A stretch of 63,702 nucleotides of DNA, the filler included, from Chiloscyllium plagiosum (lineage: Eukaryota), in assembly GCF_004010195.1 (NCBI RefSeq). It is 4 parts of one record of this genome, joined end to end, with 100 filler letters (N's around TTAATTAATTAA, not from the genome) between each part and the next. Parts side by side here need not be neighbours in the genome. Positions count along the whole stretch, not along the records: positions 23,226 to 34,486 come from NC_057716.1; positions 34,587 to 59,808 come from NC_057716.1; 2 more parts are not named here. One strand, written 5' to 3'. The notes beneath the pieces were generated by a model. That model did no database searches. It was not told the origin of the DNA and worked only from the letters and a program-made list of their open reading frames with translations. The translations under genes and the position numbers were made by a program. Within the stretch, counting starts at the first letter, position 1, and every line of letters begins with the position of its first letter. Positions 24,550 through 35,954 of this stretch are shown here, piece after piece.

Positions 24550-24903
24550 ACGCGGTGGCTCAGTGGTTAGACATCCTCAGGTGACTGTCTGTGTGGAGTT
24601 TGCACATTCTCCTTGTGTTTGCGTGGGTTTCCTTCCACAGTTCAAAGATGTGCAGATTAGATGAATTGGCAATGCTCAATTGTACCAGTCTCCATCACTT
24701 TCTCTGACAGCTCATTCCATACATTCACCACCCTCTGCATGAAAGATTGTAGTGTTCAGGGATATGTAGGCTAGGTGCATTAGTCAGGGGTAAATGTAGA
24801 GTAATAGGGTAGGGGAGTGGGTCTGGGTAGGATACTCTTCGGAGGGTCAGTGTGGACTTGTTGGGCCAAATGGCCTGTTTCCACACTGTAGGGATTTGAT
24901 GAT
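24550..24903 (+). mobile_element. HE1-type SINE, internally deleted
   Basis: gtggctcagtggttag...gtggacttgttgggccaaatggcctgtttccacactgtagggat. Confidence 0.8.
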
Positions 24904-25149
24904 TGCTAATATGATGCAAACTGGTCTAGAATTCTCTGTTTAAGCAGAGATGTTAAATTTGATACTTCCCAGTTTGTAGGAACCATCACTGAGTGTTGAA
25001 GTTTGGAAATGGTCCCTGACATGGTCTCTTTAGAGAGTGGCATCCAGATTGGAAACACAATACCCTGCTGTGTGTTCAAAAGTTTTATCATAACTTCCTT
25101 GTTATTTCACTCTGCTCTCTGTTAATAGAGCCAGTTTTTTTGTTGATTT

Positions 25150-25478
25150 TTAAAAATTCATTCATGGGATGTGGCTATTGCTGGCCAGGCCAGCATTTAT
25201 TACCCATGCCTAATTACCCAGAGGGCAGTTAAGAGTCAACCACATTGCAGTGGGTCTGGAGTCACATGTAGGCCAGACCAGGTAAGGATGGCAACTTCCT
25301 TCCCTACAGGACATTAGTGAACCAGATGGGTTTTTCCAACAATCGACAATGGATTCATGGTCATCATTAGAAACTTAATTCCAGACTTTTTAAAAAAAAA
25401 TTGAATTCAAATTCCACCATTCCCTGGATCTGTAGATTAACAGTCTAGCGATAATGCCATTAGGCCATCGCCTCCCCA
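25150..25478 (-). mobile_element. Second tRNA-derived SINE family
   Basis: Head ggaggcgatggcctaatgg; body ccttacctggtctggcctacatgtgactccagac; homologous copies at about 38505-38810, 44490-44850, 48975-49310, 55915-56235 and 61195-61550. Confidence 0.8.
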
Positions 25479-25591
25479 TTTTGGATTGTCCTGTTGGTTT
25501 CAAGCACAAGGGAGTGTGAGGCTGCTAGCTGAGGTGCTGGCAATGATGGTGGTTGAAGACACATCACTGAGACAGATTGCTATAAACAAAC

Positions 25592-25666
25592 CTGCCACCG
25601 TCGCCTGGACACCAAGTTCTTCAGCTGTTCGGTGCTAATCACCTTCCCCTTCACCGTAAAGATACT
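25592..25666 (-). CDS. SPEG: SPEG coding exon, post-kinase regulatory segment (SIFTVKGKVISTEQLKNLVSRRRWQ)
   Basis: Acceptor cctgtttttcAG, donor CAG|GTTTGT; 75 bp, phase 0/0; SRRRWQ resembles the MLCK-family calmodulin-binding segment. Confidence 0.92.
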
Positions 25667-25844
25667 CTGAAAAACAGGAGATTCGGAATGAGGGAGGTGT
25701 CTAGAACAAAGCAGTCCCTACATCTACATGCACCCACACCCTTCACTACCGATGCTCAGTAGCAGCAGTGTGTACCATCTACAAGATGCTCTGCAGAAAT
25801 TCACCAAAGATTCTCAGACAGCACCTTCCAAACCCACGAAAAAG

Positions 25845-26262
25845 GAGTTAGTTTAAAGGGAATGTGAGAAGCAGGTTTTTTACCCAGAGGGTGGTAAATG
25901 CCTGGAACGTGCGGCCATAGGAGGTGGCAGAAGCAGATACAATAGCAACAGGAACAGGCCCTTCGGCCCACCAAGTCTGCGCTGACACATGATGCCTTTC
26001 TGAACTTAAACCCTTTTGCCTCCATACCATCCATATCCCTCTATTCCTTGTCTATTCATGTATCGGTCAAGATGCCTCTTAAACAGTATTCCAAATGTGG
26101 CCAAAGAGGCATCTTGACCGATACATGAATAGACAAGGAATAGAGGGATATGGACGGTATGGAGGCAAAAGGTTTTAAGTTCAGAAAGGCGTCATGTGTC
26201 AGCGCAGATTTGGTGGGCCGAAGGGCCTGTTCCTGTGCTGTACTGTTTCTTGTTCTTGTTCT
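25845..26262 (+). mobile_element. CR1 3' fragment containing an inverted copy of its own last 133 bp
   Basis: Arms 25948-26080 and 26104-26236. Confidence 0.85.
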
Positions 26263-26659
26263 AATTCTGTCATTGTTGTGATTCTGAGTGTCTTTCTAGC
26301 GATTACTAGACCTGAGAGATCTCCTGAAATAGGGTTTAAATCTCCGGAGGAGAGTCAGAGAGGGATTTTTCAGTTTCTTTGTTGTGTGTGTGTGCGCGCG
26401 CGAGTGAGTGAATATGTGTATGAGAGGGAGAGAGAGAGAGAGAGACGATGTCTGTGCCATTGGTGAAAGGATGGGTGGAAAGAGTAAGGATGAGCTGGGT
26501 GGATAGGTATATCTTTTTACAATGCCCCATCACCGTGATGTAAAGGATTGTTGGAGACTCTATTAGTTTTGGAGATTAATTTCAGACTCCATTCACTAGG
26601 ACTCCTGTTCCTGAGGTTAATTTGTTTTGGCTCACAGAAGAATGGGGACAGACTGAGCG

Positions 26660-28050
26660 AGTGGGTAAATAGTGGGCCATGTTACACTTGTGTAAGACTT
26701 TGGTTCGGCCACATTTGGAATACTATGTACAGTTCTGGTCACCACATTACCAAAAGGATGTGGATGCTTTGGAGAGGGTGCAAAGGAGGTTCACCAGGAT
26801 GTTGCCCGGTATGGAGGGCGCTAGCTCTGAAGAGAGGTTGAATAGATTAGGATTATTTTCATTAGAAAGATGGAGGTTGGTGGGGAGGGATCTGATTGAG
26901 GTCTACAAAACCATGAGTGGTATAGACAGGGTGGATAGCAAGAAGCTTTTTCCCAGAGTGGGGCCTCAATTACTCGGGGTCACGAGTTTAGGTGAGAGGG
27001 GAAAGCGTTTTAGGGAGATATGCGTGGAAAGTTCTTTATGCAGAGGGTGGTGGGTATCTGGGTGCATTGCCAGCGGAGGTGGTAAGGGTGGGCACGATAG
27101 CGTAATTTAAGATGTATCTAGACAGGTACATGAATGGGCAGGGAGGAGAGGGATACAGATCCTCAGAAAATAGGCAGTAGGTTTAGATAGAGGATCTGGA
27201 TCGTTGCAGGTTTGGAGGGTCGAATTTTCTTTGTTCTAAACACATGGTTGATGCTGGGTAATGAGGGTCAATGGGAGGTTATCCAGTTTGGGAGCAAAAA
27301 CAGGAAGGCAGATACTTTGTACCTGGTGATGGATTGGGAAAGGGGGAGGTGCAGTGAGACCTGGCTATCCTGTGGAAAAGGCACTGAGAGTAAACACTGC
27401 AGGGGGAGAAGGCAGTGAGAGGGGCAAATGGTATATTGGAGCAGGGATGTCTTGCTGCAATTATACAAGGCATTGGTGAGACCACAGCTGGAGTATTGTG
27501 TGCAGTGTTAGCCTCTGTATCTAAGGAAAGATGTTCCGTTGATGGACGGAGTGCAACAAAGATCGACCAGACTGATTCTTGGGGTGGCAGGACTGACATA
27601 TGAGGACAGACTGGATCAGTTAGAACTATACTCACTCAGTCTAAAAAAATGAGGGGGATCTCTTAGAAACGTATAAAATTCTCACAGGAAGTAGACAGAG
27701 TAAACGCAGGAAGGATGTTCATAATGACTGGGGTGTCCAGAACCAGGGAGGGGGTGTCACAGTCTAAGGATACAAATTAGGCTAGTTCAGACTGAGATGA
27801 TAAGAAATGTCTTTCCCCAAAGAGTGGGGAGCCTGTGGGAGTCTCTGTCTCAGGAAGGATTGAGGCCAAAACATTGAATATTTTAAAGAAGGAGTTAGAT
27901 ATAGTTCTCAGGGCTAAAGGGATCAAAGGTTATGAGGGAGAAAGTGGGAATAGGTGATTGAGTTGGATGATCAGCCATGATCATATTGAATGGTGGAACA
28001 GACTGAAGGGCAGAATGGCCTACTGCTGCTCCTATCATCTCTGTTTCTAA
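26660..28050 (+). mobile_element. Two consecutive CR1 3' fragments
   Basis: RPHLEYYVQFWSP...; the second copy ends gaatggcctactgctgctcctat. Confidence 0.85.
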
Positions 28051-28460
28051 GAGGAAGCTGTTTTATTCAGTGAAGAGTCACCAAGCTGAAACATTTGTTC
28101 TTCCCCGTGACAATCTTTGACACAATGAACCTTCCCTCACATTCTGATGGGAATTACAGAGTGGGATCCTGAGAATCTTAAAATAGTTACAGCACAGAGA
28201 GAGGCCACTTGGCAACCAGATCCATTCTGGGTCATCGCAAAAGTCCCTCACTATCATGTTATATCCACTGAGACACAGTCTGAATCTCGACAGTGAACCA
28301 ATTATCAAACTGGTTCAAAGCTCAATGCCAATGGCAGCACATACACAGTTTGACATCGCTGTCAGGAAGGGGATAGCACGGAATGGTCTGTCCTGTACAT
28401 GGAGAGACTTGCGGATAAATTCCCCAGTTAATCGAGACATAAGAACGGAGCAATACTCAC

Positions 28461-28503
28461 TGAAAACCAAGCGTGTTGGAGACATTCATCTGTAGTTGGT
28501 CTC
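28461..28503 (-). CDS. SPEG: SPEG micro-exon, kinase 1 subdomain XI (QRPTTDECLQHAWFS)
   Basis: Acceptor tttctgtttctAG, donor TCA|GTGAGT; 43 bp, phase 2/0; R-P-T-x-x-E-x-L-x-H-x-W-F motif. Confidence 0.92.
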
Positions 28504-28574
28504 CTAGAAACAGAAACCAGACAGAGTCAGACAGCACCCAGACACAGGGATAGAGTCAGACAGCACCCAGACAC

Positions 28575-28935
28575 AGTCAGTGCTGAGGAAATGCCGCACT
28601 GTCGGAAGGTCAGTGCTGAGGGAGTACCAAACTTGTCAGAGGGTCAATGCTGAGGGAATTCCGCACTGTCAGAGGGTCAATACTGAGGGAGTGTTGCACT
28701 GTAGGCGGGTCAATACTGAGGGAGTGCCACACTGTTGGAGGATCAATACTGAGGGAGTGCCGCACTGTCAGAGGGTCAGTGCTGAGGGAATGCCAAACTG
28801 TCGGAGGGTCAATACTGAGGAAGTGCTGTACTGTTAGAGGGTCAGTTCTGAGGGAGTGCCGCACTGTTAGAGGTACTGTTTGGAGTGGACATTGAACTGA
28901 GGGTTTGGACTCCCTGTGGGATGGATGTGAAGGTC
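28575..28935 (+). repeat. 33-bp minisatellite (about 9 copies) expanded inside a Deu-domain SINE relic
   Basis: Unit gtcaatactgagggagtgccgcactgtcagagg; the 3' flank continues as Deu-like sequence. Confidence 0.75.
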
Positions 28936-29704
28936 TCAAGTCACTTGCTGTGCTCTTCCAGCACCACTGATCCAGAATCTGGTTTCCAGCATCTGCAGTC
29001 ATTGTTTTTACCTCAAGTTCACTGTTTGGTTCAGGTCAGGGCTGTGCTCCCAATGGTGTCCTGATCCCTCAGCCATTGTTAGTGTCTTCCCAGATTATAT
29101 TGTTTTCCATCAGGGAGTTTGCTGTTTAATGTGGGCTGTTATATCTCTTAACTTACAACAATATTCATATTTCACAAACTCAGAGATATTCTGAAAGTCA
29201 CAAAGTTCTCTGTATCAAGTTCTTTGCTTTGCCCTCTTTTGGATTTACTTTCTAAAAGTTTATTGATTTCATTTTTAATATAAATCCAATCGAGTAACTC
29301 TGGGAAGTGGGACAGCAATGGAGATAGCCAAGATTTATCAGGGGTTTACGTGGTATCTCGCTGGGGGTGCAGGCAGGAGACGGCGGTTTTCTGTGTCGAA
29401 TAGCTCTGTGTGCATGTGTGCAAGTGTGTGTGTTGGGGGGGTGGATTGAACATGGTAAGGTCCCTCTACAACAACAACAGCTCCAGCTGAAAGCACCAGA
29501 GCTGCTTGTATTCATAACGTTGACTGTGATGCCTCCTTCACCAGCTGTTCCCTCTCTCAATCTGCCTCACCAGCAGCTCAGGGTCACCCCTCGTCAAGTA
29601 ACCATCACCTCCCAATATCGAGCTCCCTCAGAGAGGGGCCTGTCCACCTCAGACATCTTAGACAGGCAGCACTGATGGCTCCCAGCCTCTGTTGAATCAA
29701 ATCA

Positions 29705-29946
29705 ACTACACAGGACCACAGGGAGGCCATTCAGCCTCCTCGATCAATCTTACACAGGAACAGCAGGAGGCCGTTCAACCCCTCGATTCCCTTACACAGG
29801 AACAGCAGGAGGTCATTCAGCCTCTTGATCCCCTTACACAGGAACAACAGGAGGCTTTTCAGCCCCTCAATCCCCTTACACAGGAAGAACAGGAGGCTTT
29901 GCAGCCCCTCAATCCTGTTATATAGGGACAGAGGGAGGCCATTCAT
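29705..29946. repeat. 36-bp minisatellite (ccttacacaggaacagcaggaggccattcagcccctcgat-like)
   Basis: About 6 copies; 12-aa periodic ORF LTQEQQEAVQPL. Confidence 0.85.
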
Positions 29947-30077
29947 TGAAGAATGTCTTGAAGGAAGAGAGAAAGGGAGAGAGGAAGGGGTGGGTGAAAT
30001 TATTTATGGAGGGATCTCTTGAGCTGAGGGCACAGGCAGCTGAAGACCCCCTGCCAATGGCAGAGGGAAGGGTTTGG

Positions 30078-30420
30078 GGAGGAACTGTGACTCAGTGGTT
30101 AGCACTACTGCCTCTCAGCACCAGGGATCCCAGTTTCAATTCCAGCCTCAGGTGACTGTCTGTGTGGAGTTTGCACATTCGTCCCATGTCTGCGTGGGTT
30201 TCCTCCGGGTGCTCCGATTTCCTCCCATAATCCAAAGATGTGCAGGTTAGGTGGATTGGCCATGCTAAATTGCCCACAGTGTTCAGGGATGTGTTGGTTC
30301 GATGGATTTGCCAGAGGTAAAATGTAAGGGAATGGGTCTGGATGGGTTATTCTTTGGAGGATTGGTGTGGACTTGGGCCGAAGGGCCTGCTTCCACACTG
30401 TCAGGATTCTATGATTCTAT
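30078..30420 (+). mobile_element. HE1-type SINE
   Basis: A/B boxes, body, tail gattctatgattctat. Confidence 0.88.
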
Positions 30421-30835
30421 AAACAAGAGGCTGGGCTGGGAGTACCATTGAGGGTTGAGGGCCTAAGGAGATTCTGGAGATAGGGAGGGGATGAGGCTAT
30501 AGAGGGAGAATGTATTGAGAATGGAGACGTTGAGAGTGAATGGGGGTCAGTGAACAGTCAGTAGTCCCCACCCCCACTCCCCATCCTCACAGACGCCCTC
30601 AATTCCCCCAACACTCCCCATCCACAATCTCCCCCGCACAAACACCCCTCCGTCCCCTACCTACTGATACCCACACTCCCCACTCTCATAGACACTTACA
30701 TTCCCCACCCACACCCCACTTCCACAATCTCCCTTACACTCCCCCACCTAATCTCACCCGCATTCCTCACCTGGGGGTGACACCCACATCCCATGCACTC
30801 CCATAAACACAGGCACCCCCCCCACAGGTACTTAC

Positions 30836-30988
30836 TGTGCGCTGTCCACAAGGAGGGTGATGACAAAGTCCCTTGATTCCCGGCTCAGGTTCACAAACAT
30901 ATTCTCCTCGAAAGCCACGTTATAATTTTTCACATTGAGCAATGTGGACTTGTCGTTCTCACCGTGAAACGGGGAGATCCCAGTCAGA
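30836..30988 (-). CDS. SPEG: SPEG coding exon, kinase 1 C-lobe ([50 protein letters not shown])
   Basis: Not in the ORF track. Acceptor ctcccgtccAG, donor CA|GTAAGT; 153 bp, phase 2/2; matches SPEG LTGISPFxGENDxxTLxN. Confidence 0.94.
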
Positions 30989-31394
30989 CTGGACGGGAGA
31001 GAGAGAGGGGTGGGGGGTGGGGTGACGGAGTAGGGGGGGGGAGAGAGACAGAGGGGGAGAGTAGGGGGGGGGCGANNNNNNNNNNNNNNNNNNNNNNNNN
31101 NNNNNNNNNNNNNNNNNNNNNNNNNNNNNNNNNGGAATGATTGGGCAGGGAGGGGGAGAGAGGGAAGAGAGGGACGGGAGAGAGAGAGAGGGATGAGAGG
31201 GCGGGTGAAGAGAGAAAGGGAGAGGGCAAGGTGGCAAGTGAGAAGAAGGGAGAGGGTGGGGACAGAGAGAGAAATTCACCAGCTGTCAGTCAGTCAGAGT
31301 GCAATCCGAACACCCTCTCTGGGAATCCTCACTGTTCTTGTGAACTCAGCTGATCCAGCCTCTGTCCAGTGTCCATTACACTCCCCTCGCAGGA

Positions 31395-32005
31395 CAATGT
31401 GGATTTCGAAAAGGACACTGACAAAGTTTGTGGATGGGGTGGATGGGTACAGATGAGGTTCAATGCAGGGAAGTGTGAAGTGATGCACTTTGATAAGAAG
31501 AACATTGAAAATCAATACAAAGTAGGTGGTACATTGTATAGGGGGTGTAGGAGTCGAGGGAGCTGGGGGTTTACGTGCACAAATCATTGAAGATGGCAGG
31601 GTGGGGAAGAGAGTAGTTAATAAAGCACACAGTGTTCTCAATGTAATTAATAGGGGCATAGAGTACAAGAACAAGGAGGTGATACTGAGTTTGTACAAGA
31701 CCCATGGTTGACCTCAGCTGCAGCAATTATACAGTTGGGTGTGCCATGTTGTAGGAAACATGTGAGTGTATTGAAGAGAATGCAGAGATTTACAAGAATG
31801 GTTCCAGTGATGAGAAACTTACATGAAGAAGTTGGGACTGCTCTCCCTGGAGAGAAGGTGACTGGGAGTAAATCAGATAGAGGTTTTCAACATCATGAAT
31901 AAGCTGGACTGAAATAGGAAGGGAGAAACTGTTCCCGCTCATAAAAGAAACAAGAACGAGAGGACTGTAGATTTAGGGTCATGTGCAGGAGAAGCAGGGA
32001 GAAGA
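31395..32005 (+). mobile_element. Old CR1 3' fragment
   Basis: FNAGKCEVMHF...RGIEYKNKEVILSLYK; resumes after the SINE at about 32335. Confidence 0.75.
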
Positions 32006-32009
32006 AGTG

Positions 32010-32333
32010 GGGTGGTATGGTGGCTCAGTGGTTAGCACTGCAGCCTCACAGTGCCAGGGACCTGGGTTCAATTCCCACCTCAGGCGACTGTCTGTGTGGA
32101 GTTTGCATGGGTTTCCTCTGGATGCTACAGTTTCCTCCCACAAACACAAAGATGTGCAAGGCAGGTGAATTGGCCATGCTAAATTGCCCATAGTGTTAGG
32201 TGCATTAGTCAGGGGTAAATATAGGGTAGGGGAATTGGTCTGGATAGGTGACTCTTTGGAGGGTTGGTGTGGACTTGTTGGGCCGAAGGGCCTGTTTCCA
32301 TACTATACGGGATCTAAACTAATCTAATCTAAT
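32010..32333 (+). mobile_element. HE1-type SINE
   Basis: A/B boxes, body, (taatc)n tail. Confidence 0.88.
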
Positions 32334-32339
32334 ATAGAA

Positions 32340-34486
32340 AAATACTTCCTTACCCACTGAGTAGTTACATTGTGGGATGCACTGCCCAGTGAGTACAGTG
32401 TGGAATGTAATGCCCAGTGAGTAGTTACAGTGTGGGTTGTACTCTCCAGTGCGTAGCTACAGGGTGGGATATGCAGCTCAGTGAGTACAGTGTGGGCTGT
32501 ATTGTCCAGTGCATACAGTGTTGAATGTACTCTCTAGTGAGTAGTTACAGTGTGGGATATACTGCTCAGTGAGTACAGTGTGGGCTGTATTGTCCAGTGA
32601 GTAGTTAAAGTGTAGGATGTACTACCCAGTGAGTAGTTACAGTGGAGGATGTACTGTTGACTGAGTAGTTACAGTGTGGGATGTACTATCCAGTGATAGT
32701 TACAGTGTGGAATGTACAGCCCAGTGAGTGCAGTGTGGGATGTACTGCCGAGTGAGTAAATTACAGTGTGGTATATACTGCCCAGTGTGTACAATGTGGG
32801 ATGTATTGCCCAGTGAGTACAGTGTTGGATGTACCGCCCAGTGAGTAGCTACAGTGTGGGTTGTACAGCCCAGTGAGAACATTGTGGGATGTACTGTCCA
32901 GTGAGTAGTTACAGTGTGGGATTAACTGCCCAGTGAGTACAGTGTGGGATGTACTATCCAGAGATAGTTGCAGTGGGGGACGTACTGCCTAGCGAGTAAC
33001 TACAGTGTGGTATATACTATCCAGTGTGTTTACAGTGTGGGATGTACTACCCAGTGTGTACAGTGTGGGATGTACTGTCCAGTGACTAGTTACATTGTGG
33101 GATGTACTGTCCAGTGAGTATAGGAAGGGATGTACTGTCCGGTGAGTAATTACAGTGTTGGATGTACTGTCCACTGAATAGTAACAGTGTGGGATATGCA
33201 GCTCAGTGAGTACAATGTGGGCTGTATTGTCCAGTGCATACAATGTTGAATGAACAATCTAGTGAGTATTTACAGTGTGGGATATACTGCTCAGTGAGTA
33301 CAGTGTGGGCTGTATTGTCCAGTGAGTAGTTACAGTGTAGGATGTACCACCCAGTGAGTAGTTACAGTGTGGGCTGTACTGTCCAGTGAGTACAGTGTGG
33401 GATGTACTGCCCAGTGGGTACAGTGTGGGCTGTATTTTCCAGTGAGTGGTTACAGTCTGGGATGTACTGTTCAGTGAGCATAGTGTTGATTAAATGCTGC
33501 CCAGTGTGTAGTTTCAGTGTGGAATATACTGCCCAGTGAGTAGGGTATGGGATGTACTGCCAGCGTGTTCAGCATGGGAGGTTCTATCCAGAGAGTGGTT
33601 ACAGTGTGAGATGTACTGTCCAGTGAGTACAGTCTGGGATGTACTGTCCAGTGAGTACAGTGTGGGATGTTCTACCCAGTGGGTACAGTGTGGGCTGTAT
33701 TTTCCAGTGAGTAGTTACAGTGTGGGATATACTGTCCAGTGACTAGTTACAGTGAGGGATGTACAGCCCAGTGAGTACAGTGTGGGATGTACTGTCCAGT
33801 GGGTACAGTGTGGGATGTACTGCTCAGTGAATACAATGTGGGATGTACTGTCCGGTGCGTACAGTGTGGGATGTACATCCAGTGAGTAGTTACAGTGTGG
33901 AATGTACTGCCCAGTGAGTACAGTGTGGGATGTACTGTGCAGTGAGTAGTTACAGTGTGGAATGTACTGCCCAGTGAGTACAGTGTGGGATGTACTGTGC
34001 AGTGAGTAGTTACAGTGTGGGATGTACTGCCCAGTAAGTACAGTGTGGCATGTGTTGCCCAGTGAGTACAATGTGGGATGTACTGCCCAGTGTGTACAGC
34101 GTGGGATGTACTGCCCAGTGAGTACAGTGTGGGATGTTCTGTCCAGTAAGTAGTTACATTGTGGGATGTACTGCCCAGTGAACACAGCGTGGGATGTACT
34201 GTCCAGTGAGTAGTTACAGTGAGGGATGTACAGCCCAGTGAGTACAGTGTGGGTTGTACTGTCCAGTGGGTACAGTGTGGGATGTACTGCTCAGTGAATA
34301 CAATGTGGGATGTACTGTCCGGTGCGTACAGTGTGGGATGTACATCCAGTGAGTAGTTACAGTGTGGAATGTACTGCCCAGTGAGTACAGTGTGGGATGT
34401 ACTGTCCAGTGAGTATAGTGTGGGATGTACTGCCCAGTGAGTACAGTGTGGGCTGTATTTTCCAGTGAGTAGTTACAGTGTGGGAT
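32340..34486. repeat. Satellite array of mixed 28/32-bp units (cagtgagta[gtta]cagtgtgggatgtactgyc), at least 2.1 kb, running into a gap
   Basis: Direct inspection; internal higher-order duplications such as about 33735-33930 versus 34200-34400. Confidence 0.95.
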
Positions 34487-34586
34487 NNNNNNNNNNNNNN
34501 NNNNNNNNNNNNNNNNNNNNNNNNNNNNNNTTAATTAATTAANNNNNNNNNNNNNNNNNNNNNNNNNNNNNNNNNNNNNNNNNNNN
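34487..34586. other. Assembly gap with artificial linker; probably hides the SPEG kinase-1 exons
   Basis: Same 44N-12-44N construct. Confidence 0.95.
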
Positions 34587-34860
34587 GAGGGAGCATAGCT
34601 TTAAATTGAAGGGTGATAGATATAGGACAGATATCAGAGGTAGTTTCTTTACTCAGAGAGTAGTAAGGGTATGGAATGCTTTGCCTGCAACGGTAGTAGA
34701 TTCGCCAAGTTTAAGTGCATTTAAGTCGTCATTGGACAAGCATATGGATGTACATGGAATAGTGTAGGTGGGATGGGCTTCAGATTGGTATGACAGGTCG
34801 GTGCAACATCGAGGGCCGAAGGGCCTGTACTGCGCTGTAATGTAATGTTCTGTGTTCTTT
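34587..34860 (+). mobile_element. CR1 3' end
   Basis: FFTQRVVRVWNALP plus 3' UTR gggccgaagggcctgtactgcgctgtaatg; same subfamily as 49315-50205. Confidence 0.85.
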
Positions 34861-35224
34861 GAGTTCATTAATGGCCTTCTGGGAGAGAAACTGTCTGGTC
34901 TACATGTGACTCCAGACCCACAATGTTATTGACTCCTAACTGCCCTCTGAAATGACCCAGTAAGCCATTTAGTTCAAAGGCCATTAGGCTTGGGCAACAA
35001 ATGCTGGACTTACCAGAGACGCCGACATCACCTGAAATACAACACACTGAGTCTGGTAGATTGCTCCCACCCGGTGTCACCACACAGTACTATCATTGTT
35101 CTACACTCTTTAAACTTAATAGCATGCTTTCAAAAATTACTAATAACTCTGTTTTATCTAAACTCACAGGTTTGAAGCTCCTCCCATCCTCAAAACCAAC
35201 TTACTGGATGAAGGCAGCAAACTA

Positions 35225-35593
35225 TGTGGTGCCCACGACCCATCCGACCACCCTGCACCAGGCCCGCTGTCAAGGAAAGGCCGCCAGCATTCGCAAAGAT
35301 CCATCCCACCCTGGCAATGTTTTTCTACAACCTCTACCATCAGGAAGAAGGTACAGAAGCCTGAACACACTCACCAGCCAGTTTCGCAACAGTTTCTACC
35401 GTACTATTGTTAGAATACTGAATGGAGTCACAAACTCTTAACATTTGCCTGTACCTGTGTTTCTGTTTTTGCTGCTGTTTACCTATTATTTACTATCTAC
35501 GCTACTTAACTCTGTGATCTGCCTGTATTGCTCACAAGACAATGATTTTCATTGTGCCTCGGGACACGTGACAATAAATTCAATTCAATTCAT
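35225..35593 (+). mobile_element. Rex1/Babar-clade LINE 3' end
   Basis: KDPSHPGNVFLQPLPSGRRYRSL...FRNSFY C-terminal motif, then gtgacaataaa and an (attca)n tail. Confidence 0.7.
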
Positions 35594-35626
35594 TCGGTGA
35601 ATGGCCTTTGCTGCTCAGCTGCTTAC

Positions 35627-35795
35627 CTTTCAGAATGGTCAGCTCTGCTTTACAGGACACCTCTCCAGCCAGGTTCTTTGCAGTACAGGTGTAGACTCCA
35701 CTGTCTGACTCGGTGGTATTGAGAATGACCAGTGAACACTCACTGTCATCGTAAACAAAGGACAAATGATTGCTCTCCATCAGTACCACATCATC
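35627..35795 (-). CDS. SPEG: SPEG coding exon ([56 protein letters not shown])
   Basis: Acceptor tttgttttgaAG, donor G|GTAAGC; 169 bp, phase 0/1; Ig DSGVYTC motif; last Ig before kinase 1. Confidence 0.95.
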
Positions 35796-35954
35796 CTTCA
35801 AAACAAAGAGCAAGGCCAAGTTATTCACCCATTGGCTGGAGGGACGGTATGGATACAATACTCCTGGTCACCCATTGGCTAGGACAGTCCTGGCCAGCCA
35901 TTGGTTGGAGGGTCAATGTGGTAGACACTGGAAATATATCAATCATTGGCAGTG

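Noticed and set aside
33715..34185. His/Cys-periodic ORFs resembling zinc fingers (also 28580-28895)
   Set aside because: Translations of satellite units; no C2H2 spacing or linker.
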